A stretch of 64,000 bases of DNA from Planctomycetota bacterium (GTDB lineage Bacteria > Planctomycetota > Phycisphaerae > Phycisphaerales > SM1A02), in NCBI GenBank assembly GCA_022574595.1, contig JACZRS010000016.1:5589-69588 (forward strand), given 5' to 3'. Position numbers and translations under genes: made by a program. The notes beneath the pieces were generated by a model. The model did no database searches and was not told the DNA's origin. It saw only the letters and a program-made list of their open reading frames with translations. Positions 19,514-28,900 of the stretch are shown here, piece by piece (within the stretch, counting starts at the first letter, position 1; every line of letters begins with the position of its first letter).

Positions 19514-19717
19514 GTTATCAACTCACGCGGCATACCAGATGTCTGCGAGTCGCCCTGCCCTTGGGATCTTAATGCTGATGGTTCGGTAGGAACTGCGGAC
19601 CTCCTAATCATATTCGCGCAATGGGGTACAGATGGCCCCGCTGACTTCGACGAAAGCGGCGCTGTCGGAACCAGTGATCTACTAATCCTCTTCGCCAATT
19701 GGGGCCCGTGTCCGTAG
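19514..19717 (+). pseudogene. orphan fragment encoding only the dockerin-like C-terminal module (no start codon, no passenger domain)
   Basis: an in-frame TGA at 19511-19513 is followed by VINSRGIPDVCESPCPWDLNADGSVGTADLLIIFAQWGTDGPADFDESGAVGTSDLLILFANWGPCP*; the frame differs from ORF 19311-19589. Confidence 0.5.
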
Positions 19718-19743
19718 AAGAATGTACTAACACGAAAACACCC

Positions 19744-19859
19744 CACCTAGCTAACCAATTAGCGATTTGCATTGTTTAGTTGGCCTCTGAGTCGTTTAAT
19801 TAACGCAACGCTAGAAAATGCGAGCTACGCCCGTGTTTTTCGTGCAGGAATGGATGCTA
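19744..19859 (+). repeat. 116-nt direct repeat, copy 1
   Basis: about 83 % identical to 20183-20298; both copies begin ~30 nt after a stop codon. Confidence 0.7.
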
Positions 19860-19923
19860 GTGGGTGGTGGTTCCAGCGCTGGGCAGTGGGTTGGATTGCA
19901 ATGTGAGGTATAATCGCACAAAG

Positions 19924-20154
19924 ATGCTTGAAGCTGCCATCATCATTGCGTTGATTATCGTCGTCACGGCTACCGTCACAGTTGCGACTGCAGAAACATT
20001 CCGGTATTACCACTGTCCTGAATGTCGCAAGTATTGGGCATTGCGGAAAACAGGGAAAACCAAAGAAGGCCCCTCTCGGCGAAAGAAGGAGGAGTGGAGT
20101 TGTCGTTTCTGTGGTTTAACGGTGTGGAGAGACGAACGCCTTTTAGGTGCATAA
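19924..20154 (+). CDS. small membrane-anchored zinc-ribbon protein (~76 aa)
   Basis: one TM helix (LEAAIIIALIIVVTATVTVATA) then CPEC...CRFC; TATAAT sits 11 nt upstream of the ATG, suggesting a near-leaderless transcript. Confidence 0.4.
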   Translation: MLEAAIIIALIIVVTATVTVATAETFRYYHCPECRKYWALRKTGKTKEGPSRRKKEEWSCRFCGLTVWRDERLLGA

Positions 20155-20182
20155 GCCGCGCGATACTTTCAATATGCCGAGC

Positions 20183-20298
20183 CACCTAGCTACCCCTTTA
20201 GCGATTTGCCATTCCTAGACGGCCTCTGAGTCGTTTAATTGGTTCGACGCTAGAAAATGCGAGCTACACCGGACTTTTTCGTGCTGGAATGGATGCTA
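20183..20298 (+). repeat. 116-nt direct repeat, copy 2
   Basis: see copy 1. Confidence 0.7.
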
Positions 20299-20477
20299 AA
20301 GCAGGCAGGAATACCACAGAAACCATCAAATCATAACACTTGCTGAGAAACCTTCCAGTTAATGGTCTGGCGCGTTAGGATATTGGCGGTTGCCTGGGTG
20401 ACACTTGTCCACAGGGCCGACCACAGACTTGTTGCAGGTGCTACCTCTTCGCGACCTTTATCTTTCAAGGAGGCCCA

Positions 20478-21176
20478 ATGATGTACGCATACTCAGTCTC
20501 AACAAAAAGCTCAGTCGTCGTCGCCGCCGTAATCGCGCTTGTAGTGGTCATAAGCGGGCAGCGCGCCCAGGCCCAGCCCGGCACGGTGCTGTCCCACCAG
20601 AAGATCAGCGACACCCAGGGCTGCTTCACCGGCATCCTGGATGATCTCGACAACTTCGGCGTCTCGGTGGCCTCGCTGGGTGATCTCGACGGCGACGGCG
20701 TGGGCGACTTGGCCGTGGGGGCATACGCGGATGACGAAGGGGGCGGCGGCAATAACAACCGCGGCGCGGTGTGGATCCTGTTCCTCAACACCGACGGAAC
20801 GGTCAAATCCCACCAGAAGATCAGCGACACCCAAGGCGGCTTCAGCGGCGCGCTGGACGATTTCGATTACTTCGGCTGGTCGGTGGCTTCGCTGGGTGAT
20901 CTGGACGGCGATGGCGTGGGCGACCTGGCCGTGGGGGCACGTGGCGACGACGACGGGGGCGGGGACCGTGGTGCGGTGTGGATTCTGTTCCTTGATGGTG
21001 ATCTGCAGACTCCTTGCCCTTGGGATCTTGACAAGAGCGGATCCGTTGGCACAAGCGACCTTCTTGCACTCTTTGCACAATGGGGTACCGCAGGAGATGC
21101 AGACTTTGATGGCGATGGTGTTGTCAATACAGTCGATCTGCTCATCCTCTTCGCCAACTGGGGGCCGTGTCCGTAA
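20478..21176 (+). CDS. secreted FG-GAP (integrin-alpha-like) repeat protein with the dockerin-like ANWGPCP C-terminal module
   Basis: signal peptide; two FGxSVASLGDLDGDGVGDLAVGA FG-GAP repeats; C-terminal CPWDLDKSGSVGTSDLLALFAQWGT...DLLILFANWGPCP. Confidence 0.65.
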   Translation: MMYAYSVSTKSSVVVAAVIALVVVISGQRAQAQPGTVLSHQKISDTQGCFTGILDDLDNFGVSVASLGDLDGDGVGDLAVGAYADDEGGGGNNNRGAVWILFLNTDGTVKSHQKISDTQGGFSGALDDFDYFGWSVASLGDLDGDGVGDLAVGARGDDDGGGDRGAVWILFLDGDLQTPCPWDLDKSGSVGTSDLLALFAQWGTAGDADFDGDGVVNTVDLLILFANWGPCP

Positions 21177-21190
21177 AGTAGCTGCTCACT

Positions 21191-21868
21191 ATGAAGCAAT
21201 TCGCGACTACATTTACATTAATTGTTTTCGTATCACTCGTATTGGCCGGTTGCAAAGTATCTTCGCCGACGGTACACAGTGTTCCGAATAGCCAGCACGA
21301 TCACACTCGTGATGACGCTGATTCGATCTTGCACACACACGAGACATTGCCAGTTCTCTCCAATTGGTGTGATGATTGTAATTTCGGCTATGTCGCGGGG
21401 CAACGAATTTCTTCCAAGGTGCTATTTGAAACGCTCGACGCTCACGGCCACGATGTGAACATTGACGCAATGACCTGCGCGTCTTGCCTTACCGCGTTGC
21501 CTGTGGGCGGCTATTGCGAATCACACCGAATAGGATTCGTCGATAGCAAAGCGTACTTCTCACGCCTGACATACTCGCTAGCTAAAGGAGGCGAGGCTCG
21601 AAATGTTTCAAGCCTTACCTGCACCACTTGCCGCGCTAATGCTCAGGAACACGGGTGGTGCGCCGCATGCCAGATTGGAATGGTGGGCAACGTAGCATTC
21701 AAGAATCGAAATGAATACACAAATGCCGTTGAGCAGTTTTCAATCCTCAAGTCTGCAATAGACAAGACAGGTGACTGTGAGATGTGTGCCAGCGCCATGA
21801 TCCTCGACAGTAGGTGTCCCCTATGCAAGATAAGCTATCAAGATGGACAGCCGATCGCCAATCCCTGA
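21191..21868 (+). CDS. cysteine-rich lipoprotein with six CxxC motifs in a repeated zinc-ribbon-like arrangement
   Basis: lipobox LVLAGC; CDDC, CASC, CTTC, CAAC, CEMC, CPLC; three repeats of CxxC-x8-12-(Y/W/R)C-xx-(H/C)-x-I-(G/S); His-rich N-terminal segment. Confidence 0.5.
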   Translation: MKQFATTFTLIVFVSLVLAGCKVSSPTVHSVPNSQHDHTRDDADSILHTHETLPVLSNWCDDCNFGYVAGQRISSKVLFETLDAHGHDVNIDAMTCASCLTALPVGGYCESHRIGFVDSKAYFSRLTYSLAKGGEARNVSSLTCTTCRANAQEHGWCAACQIGMVGNVAFKNRNEYTNAVEQFSILKSAIDKTGDCEMCASAMILDSRCPLCKISYQDGQPIANP

Positions 21869-22004
21869 CGGCCAAGGATTTCACATGAAACGCCTTTGAG
21901 AATAAAAAAAAAGAAAAAATTACGCAATAATCTTGCAAGTAATAAACTTTTATGGGACATTGTCTATGGCCTAACAAGGCCACCAAATCAAATATAGCCC
22001 ATTC

Positions 22005-22697
22005 GTGGGCTTAGAGGAGTACATCATGCGTTTTTTCAGCCACTCGTTCTGCCGCTCGTTTTTCGCTATTGCGATTGTCGCATCCGCTGCCCCGATCGCG
22101 CTGGCTGGCTCTCATTCCTGGGATATAGTCGAGATTTTCAGCAATGCCGATGGATCCATCCAGTTCATTGAGATGATGGAAACCAACGCAATGCCAAATG
22201 AGATAAACTTGGCAGGCAAGCAGGTCACAAGCAATGCGAATGCCTTTACATTCCCCAGCAACCTTATACCACCCACTACAAACAAGCACTTGCTCCTGGC
22301 TACCGCAGATTTTGCTGCACTGCCTGGTGCGCCTACACCCGACTACATAATCAAAGCTGGCTTCTTTAATCCTAATGGCGATACTCTCATGTATCACACC
22401 TATGACATCTTCAGCTTTGGTCATGACGTATTACCGACTGATTGCATCAACTCACTAAATGGTGATGGTACAACTGGCGTTAACAATCCGGAGAATTACC
22501 AGGATGTTAAAGGAACGGTTGATGCCTGTCCTCCTTGCCCCTGGGATCTTGATGGCACAGGATCCGTCGGCACAGGCGATCTTCTTGAACTCTTCGCACA
22601 ATGGGGTACAGCAGGACCAGCCGACTTCGACGAAAGCGGTGCCGTCGGTACAAATGATCTACTAATCCTCTTCGCTAATTGGGGGCCGTGTAAATAA
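22005..22697 (+). CDS. secreted protein of unknown function with the dockerin-like ANWGPC C-terminal module
   Basis: signal peptide (AIAIVASAAPIALAGS); C-terminal CPPCPWDLDGTGSVGTGDLLELFAQWGTAGPADFDESGAVGTNDLLILFANWGPCK. Confidence 0.55.
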   Translation: MGLEEYIMRFFSHSFCRSFFAIAIVASAAPIALAGSHSWDIVEIFSNADGSIQFIEMMETNAMPNEINLAGKQVTSNANAFTFPSNLIPPTTNKHLLLATADFAALPGAPTPDYIIKAGFFNPNGDTLMYHTYDIFSFGHDVLPTDCINSLNGDGTTGVNNPENYQDVKGTVDACPPCPWDLDGTGSVGTGDLLELFAQWGTAGPADFDESGAVGTNDLLILFANWGPCK

Positions 22698-23031
22698 ATG
22701 AAGGCATCATGGCATCATTGCATCGAGTAAGCCGGACCTGAGGCTTTGTGAAGGTCCGGGTATGAACGACGAGTCATGAGCGGTGCGCCATAAAAGCACC
22801 AAGGCATCATGGCATCGTGGCACTGTGGATTAATGAGCCGTACCGATTACACCTGTCCCGATTCCATCGGGTTCGGTATCGGGATCGGGAATTTCGCTCA
22901 TGATATTTTCATAATTCCTCAGCAATCCCCTTGAGCCTAAACGAATTAGCATATTGTGAAGAGCTATATGTTGCTTTCCGTCAAAGCGGGGTGAAATCCC
23001 TATATCCAATAAAGTTTGATTCGATAGAGAA

Positions 23032-23054
23032 GAGAAGGTGTCTGACACCTTCTC
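23032..23054. repeat. palindrome GAGAAGGTGTC-T-GACACCTTCTC, copy 1, ~15 nt upstream of the RBS of gene 23069-23992
   Basis: 11-bp arms around a single central nt; the 19-nt core recurs at 58634-58652. Confidence 0.7.
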
Positions 23055-23068
23055 CTACCCCTGGAGGC

Positions 23069-23992
23069 ATGGATCATGAAACCACAGGCGTTGGAGCAGG
23101 CGTTCATGCAACTCCCGCGTGCTTCATCGGCGGCACTGCAGGGATATACTGGAATAATCCTGATCCTGATGAAGGATCGCTGCTAGATAAAGGCAGCTTT
23201 GCAACTTGGCAAGCAACAGGTATCAGTGATAGTGGGGGAATAGTTGGCTCTGTTTTTGACCCCGGACCCGATTCGGCTGCATATTGGCCAGATGTAACTG
23301 CCGCGCCAGTTGATATCGGATCAATAGTAGATGGAAATGGCGCTTCATACGCTCAGCGTATAAATAATAGAAATCCTGCAACTGAAGTCATAGCGGCTGT
23401 GGGTTGGAATACTGATTCAATAGGTGTAGCATTGCTGTGGGAATGTACAGGTAACTGTTCGGACCCACTTATGAACAACTGGTCATTTGAAATTCTCGAT
23501 CAGATTTTGTCAACTAACTGTACAGATTGGGATTTACGCCGCGCCTATGATGTAAAAGATGAGACTAGGATCATCGGCTGGGGGAGAAAGTTTGGCCAAC
23601 CCAACACAGAAAATGCTGTAATTCTTGTGCCCCTCGAGTTTTGCTGCATAGCTGACTTAGATGGCAACGGAACTGTCTCGACAAACGACCTGCTCATTCT
23701 CTTCGCCAATTGGGGGCCGTGCCCCGTTTCGCATGGGCCTTGCTGTGCCGACCTGAACAGTGACGGTACGGTGAACACGGAAGACTTACTGATTCTGCAA
23801 GCCAACTGGGGACCGTGCGGCGGTGAATCAGCCGGAGGCGGAGGCGGTGGATCGCCTTCACTTCAGGCAGCGGTCCAGCAATTAGGGTTTCCATCTGTGG
23901 CAGCCCATCAGGCGTGGCTGGCCCAGGCCGGTGAGATGGAAGCATACGTATCTACGTATGTACTCATCACGATTCTTCAAGACCAGGAGTAA
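23069..23992 (+). CDS. hypothetical protein with two tandem half-dockerin repeats (each ...DLLIL.ANWGPC), a Gly-rich linker and a C-terminal tail
   Basis: GGAGG RBS before the ATG at 23069; CIADLDGNGTVSTNDLLILFANWGPCPVSHGPCCADLNSDGTVNTEDLLILQANWGPC; no obvious signal peptide. Confidence 0.4.
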   Translation: MDHETTGVGAGVHATPACFIGGTAGIYWNNPDPDEGSLLDKGSFATWQATGISDSGGIVGSVFDPGPDSAAYWPDVTAAPVDIGSIVDGNGASYAQRINNRNPATEVIAAVGWNTDSIGVALLWECTGNCSDPLMNNWSFEILDQILSTNCTDWDLRRAYDVKDETRIIGWGRKFGQPNTENAVILVPLEFCCIADLDGNGTVSTNDLLILFANWGPCPVSHGPCCADLNSDGTVNTEDLLILQANWGPCGGESAGGGGGGSPSLQAAVQQLGFPSVAAHQAWLAQAGEMEAYVSTYVLITILQDQE

Positions 23993-24032
23993 TCACCACT
24001 GAGCCTATTGATAGGCTTGTTTTTGGCTTCCA

Positions 24033-24064
24033 GGAGCCTCGCAGGGAGGCGAGGCTCCTTTTTT
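24033..24064 (+). terminator. rho-independent terminator
   Basis: GGAGCCTCGC-agggag-GCGAGGCTCC followed by TTTTTT; preceded by a second small hairpin plus T5 at 24002-24025. Confidence 0.7.
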
Positions 24065-24144
24065 CAGTAATTTTGAGATTTTTCATACAAAGCGCGCAGG
24101 ATTTGACAAGAAACGGCGTATAGACCAGTGGAAGTAGAATTAAT

Positions 24145-25803
24145 TTGATTGGCGAGGTATTTGATATGTTCAAAATACGTAAGCGAAACAGCAAGCGAGC
24201 CGGGGCGTTCCCGCCCCGAGTCTCACACAAATTAAGTGCAAGCGTCGCACCCCACTCACTCGCCTTGGGGACAAGGCGGCTCGCCGCCACTTTTCTTGCT
24301 TGTATATGCGTTTGTTCTCTACCCGCAACAGCTCAGTGTCTGCCCGAGGAGCTGCAAAAATTAACAGCATCCGATCCGAGTCTTGGCGACCACTTTGGAA
24401 CTTCTGTTCTAATTCACGGCGATTTGGCAATTGTCGGGGCCGCCAGTGCAAATATTAATCCGCTTACTGCTGGTGCTGCATATACGTATCGCAAGGATCC
24501 CATTACAAACCAATGGATACAGGAGCAAAAAGTATTTTCAGATGATGGTACTTCTTGGGATGGATTTGCACTGTCCATGGCCATCAATCCTGTTGACCCC
24601 AATGTGATAATAATTGGAGCTTGGGCGGAAGATGATGCTCCTGATTGCAAGAGCATATCCTGTCAATCAGGGGCAGCCTATATCTTCCGTTTCGATCCCG
24701 ATCTGGGCCTTTGGATCCAGGAGCAAAAGCTCACCGCTTCCGATGCTGACAGCCAGGATTACTTCGGTTGGGCGGTTTCGATCTGGGGAGATGTTGCAAT
24801 CATTGGAGCTAGACTCGATGAGGATTCGCATCAAGGTAGTGGTTCAGCTTATGTCTTTCGCTATAACTCTAATTCGGGTATTTGGTATGAACAGCAAAAA
24901 CTGATTCCACCAGATCCGGGTGCGCTAGGCACATCTATCTCCCTTAAAGATAATGTTGTTCTAATCGGTGCTTCTGCAGATCAGGAATTCGGACTTGGAT
25001 CAGGTGCAGCTTACATTTACCGCATGGATCCTGACACCCAAATCTGGGCGCTGGAGCAAAAACTTGTGCCAAATGATCCTGTGATAGGAGCTTCATTCGG
25101 TTGGTCTGCTTCTTTGGACGGTAACACAGCCCTCATCGCAGCACCGGGAGCGGATGGCAAACAGTTCCTTGAAGGAGCGGCGTATGTATTTACCTATAAC
25201 GGCCAGCAATGGACACAACAACAAAAACTATTTGCTTCGGATGGCGAACCACTCGATACATTCGGCAGAACAGTCTCCCTAGCAGGTAACGCAGCAGTAG
25301 TTGCTGCTATCTTAGATGAGGTTGATGGACAGACCGTAGGTTCAACTTACATATTCACTTTCGATTCCCAAGAATGGAACGAAACCGCCAAGCTCTATGC
25401 ATCTGATTCTGGGAGATCCGAAGCCTTTGCCTTTGGCACACACGCAGCCACCGATGGCGAGAACGTTATAGTCGGAGCCAACTTCGCGTTCATTGATGGC
25501 CACAACGAAGCAGGAGCTGCATACATCTTCGGCGGACTAGGTGATTGCAACAACAACGGCATAATCGATATCTGCGATATCGCAGATGGCAACGCAACCG
25601 ACAAGAACAACAACGGCTTACCTGATGAGTGCGATCAACCACCTTGTCCATGGGATATGGACAACACCGGCAGCGTCGGCGTCGGCGACCTACTCATGAT
25701 GTTCGCACAATGGGGAACCCCCGGCCCAGCAGATTTTAACAACGACGGCATAGTCAATACATCAGACCTGCTAATCCTCCTAGCTAACTGGGGGCCGTGC
25801 TGA
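24145..25803 (+). CDS. secreted FG-GAP-like beta-propeller repeat protein with the dockerin-like ANWGPC C-terminal module; possible Tat signal
   Basis: TRRLAATFLAC twin-arginine-like signal; at least 7 repeats of FGxSVxxxGDxAxIGA...GAAYxF; C-terminal PPCPWDMDNTGSVGVGDLLMMFAQWGTPGPADFNNDGIVNTSDLLILLANWGPC. Confidence 0.6.
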   Translation: MIGEVFDMFKIRKRNSKRAGAFPPRVSHKLSASVAPHSLALGTRRLAATFLACICVCSLPATAQCLPEELQKLTASDPSLGDHFGTSVLIHGDLAIVGAASANINPLTAGAAYTYRKDPITNQWIQEQKVFSDDGTSWDGFALSMAINPVDPNVIIIGAWAEDDAPDCKSISCQSGAAYIFRFDPDLGLWIQEQKLTASDADSQDYFGWAVSIWGDVAIIGARLDEDSHQGSGSAYVFRYNSNSGIWYEQQKLIPPDPGALGTSISLKDNVVLIGASADQEFGLGSGAAYIYRMDPDTQIWALEQKLVPNDPVIGASFGWSASLDGNTALIAAPGADGKQFLEGAAYVFTYNGQQWTQQQKLFASDGEPLDTFGRTVSLAGNAAVVAAILDEVDGQTVGSTYIFTFDSQEWNETAKLYASDSGRSEAFAFGTHAATDGENVIVGANFAFIDGHNEAGAAYIFGGLGDCNNNGIIDICDIADGNATDKNNNGLPDECDQPPCPWDMDNTGSVGVGDLLMMFAQWGTPGPADFNNDGIVNTSDLLILLANWGPC

Positions 25804-25850
25804 GTTGAAAGTAACCACGCACTAAAGCTTGAAACATAGTATTAAGAAAA

Positions 25851-25878
25851 GGCCGCTTCCGATTGGAAGCGGCCTTAT
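25851..25878. terminator. bidirectional rho-independent terminator between convergent genes
   Basis: perfect 10-bp stem GGCCGCTTCC-gatt-GGAAGCGGCC with A/T runs on both sides. Confidence 0.65.
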
Positions 25879-25902
25879 AATAATTCAAAACTACTAGCGG
25901 TG

Positions 25903-28900
25903 TTACTTGTCGCTATTGGGTTCAAAGAACCTAAACGGGAAAGCGCCTCCGCCACCAATATCATCGGTGTTGTAAATGTAATCTGCATCAAGCGACTTGG
26001 TAATTCGAACTTTCGCCTCACTTAGATGTGCGATGGTGTAAGGATCGACTGTGCGTCCACCATTATTAAGTAGATGCTCAATCTTATCGTTTAGCTCACG
26101 AAGTTTGAAGGTGCTGAGGTTGGCGATGGGTTGAGCGGTTGCGCCAAAGCCTTCATCCAGCATGCTTAGATCAATTAGCCTATTTAAGTGTTCACGCTGC
26201 AAATTACGCCTCAAACTTGAGATCATGGGTTTACGCACGGTGAAACTACTGTCGGGCACGATATCCAATTCTGACCAAATAGCATCAGAAATACCAAAGA
26301 TCACCTCCGGCAATGTCACGGCATCTTCATCTGATGGGATTCTAAATTCCGTGTCATATATGCGGTTAAGCGTAGTTGGATTCATTAACAAAGTTAAGGC
26401 AACGGACTGTATTGACTTAATGCGATCATGCACGGGCCAGGTTGGATCTTCAAAGATCGCCCTGAAGCCACCTTCATCCCACCATTTGTCAACAGTCATC
26501 TTGGCTAAGAGTTCAGAATTCAAACCGTAAGCTTCATCCTTAAAAGCGTTGTCAATAACGAATTGCAATGCGCGACGCTGCTTGGCAGTTTCAACTGGAA
26601 CGACTGGATCGCGCTCACCAGGATCACCTTTACGATCACGATTGACGTATGAGCTACCAAGCCAATTTGCTGCTATTGCGATCGAACCGAAATGCCTTCC
26701 CAGCAGGATTTCATAGGCTTCACGCGCCTTGGCCCAACTGTCACCATCTTTTACGATCTTCTCAAGGATTCTTGTACGAAGATGCTGGGCTATTCTCATC
26801 TGAGAATCAGCATAATCCAGCGGATCCGAACCGTAATCAAATCTACGTGCCAATGGATCTGGACCCCAAGTATCTTCATCAGTTGCGTATGGAAGATTCT
26901 TTTCTGATACACGCTTAAGGATTGGTTTTAGATCCTTGTCAAAGGTGTAACCATACTCGATAGCCCAATAGTCGTAATCGCCTATTGTTACCATGGTGTA
27001 ATCACCTTGCACCGGACCATCATTGAAATTTATATTGATGGGGTTGTAATCCATCACCGAAGCGGTCTGGGCTTTACCCTTAAACTCTTCAGTGTTGATT
27101 TCCTGGATGGAATGGATACTTGAAGCTTTGAAATTGTGACGAAGTCCCAGCGTGTGACCAACTTCATGCATAATAACATCTTTTAGCAATGGGCCTATGA
27201 ATGATTCAGGAACTCCATCAAGAAGTTGGACTTCATCCTTCTTTTTTTCGTCCTTCTTCTTGTCGTCCTTTTCAGCGTCCTCATCATCATCCTCATCCTC
27301 ATTCTCATCGTCTTTGCCTTCACCATCGTCATCTTCATCGTCATCGTCATCTTGTTCCTGAGCAAGCTCAGCGAACCAAGATGGATCAAGGCGATACAAA
27401 GCAATATCCATAGACTTTGCCATGGCTTGCATACAAGCACCGTTTACCTGACTAACTTGGCCATACAATCCATCAAACTGATCATCGCCGAGCAATGTGT
27501 GGTCTACGCTAGCGGCTGGATGCCCACTAAACTCGTTGGAACTGCGCATCGCTCTCTTCATAGCAAGTTCACGAACAACGCCTGACCGCTCTGCTGGTGA
27601 GGCTAGTAGAACGCGCGGATCCCACTGCGGATTATTTTCAAGCCAGGCATAAGTCTGCGGACCGAAGCCTTCCATGGCAATTTCCGGCATTAGCTTCTTC
27701 CAAGTACGCGCCCAACTTGTAATAAACCCTTCATCCATCACAATGTCAGCATCAAAGATCTGGCCAGTTCTCGGATCAACTCTGCTTGGGCCTATTGCGA
27801 ATCCCATTCCTGCGTTGGTCCATAGAACAAAGTTATAGCGCGCATCTTCCGGATCTTTTTCCATATGCGCTTTGCTTCGTGCATCCTGTTGATAAACCTC
27901 AATAGCGTTTATGATACCGATCTTCTCAAATGCCTTGTTCCATTCCAACACACCTTCACGCACCCAACGTCGGTAACGAACTGGAAGAGTGTGCTCGAGA
28001 TAGAAAATTATTGGCTCTTTGGGAGGGCTTAATCGCAGCTTGGTATCTGCTTTTTCAAGCATCCATCGATTTACGTAGCGGACCCAAGGCGTATCAGCAC
28101 CGGGATTGCCGAGATCGCGATGAGTAGTAGTAAAATAGCCAATCCTTGCATCGGCTTTGCGCGACTTGTAACCAGTTTTGTTGGGAATAACGCTTATTGA
28201 ATAATGTATGGTTCCAAATCTTCCGCCACTTAAAGGCAGCTCAAAAGCAATCTCTACATTCTTGGGAAAAGCCTTGGCCTTGGCGATAGTTACTAAATTT
28301 CGGTTTGCGCCCGATAGTATGCGGCTACCAAAGAATTTAGAGCCTTGGCCAATTAGAAGCGCATCCATATCGATAACCGGTCCACCTTTCTTGCCTTTGG
28401 CAATTATTGGCACATCAAGTAGGACGCGATCGGTAAAGACGCGTTCTTTACCTTTTCTAGATTCAAGATCGCCGGTAGTTCTTACTGAAAAGTTTGGCTG
28501 AATCAACGCTATGCGCTTGTCATACTTTTTCCATTTGACGTATTGCGCACCAAACTGAACGCCAGCTGTGGGGATACCTCCGGATACCGTATAGGCAATA
28601 AACAGCAGTTGCTTCTCAAAGTTGCTGGGCAATTCCGCAAGCATTTGCCCGTCTTTCTTGCGTATCCAAAGCGTATAGAGGCTCGCTTGACCGTCGGCTG
28701 TCGATACAACCTTTGTGTAGTCCTTGGCTACATCTTCAAACTTTGGCAGTTCCCCTTTTTTCGAGCTTTTTGCATCAGCCATTTTCTTCATTTGTTCTTT
28801 AATATCTGGAGGCGCACCTCGTTGGCTCATGGCTGAGGTGGTGATCGCTCCAGCAGCTGCAAACGCTATTAACGTGCTTGCTCGACTCCCCAAGATAATA

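Noticed and set aside
19744-19862. Sigma-54 (-24/-12) promoter inside the 116-nt repeat (TGGCC...)
   Set aside because: The GG-to-GC spacing does not fit TGGCAC-N5-TTGC, and no TTGC lies at the correct distance.
13488-23805. Antisense ORFs 13488-13691, 19417-19746, 20867-21199 and 23545-23805, sharing YGHGPQLAKRMSRS...PSPSKSA
   Set aside because: They are the reverse-complement reading of the conserved ...SDLLILLANWGPCP module. Their similarity is inherited from the sense-strand repeat, not from real coding.
27195-27585. ORFs 27195-27440 (-), 27201-27413 (+) and 27226-27585 (+)
   Set aside because: Generated by the GAT/GAA/AAG low-complexity tract inside the metalloprotease gene (poly-His, poly-Met-Arg, poly-Ile-Leu translations).
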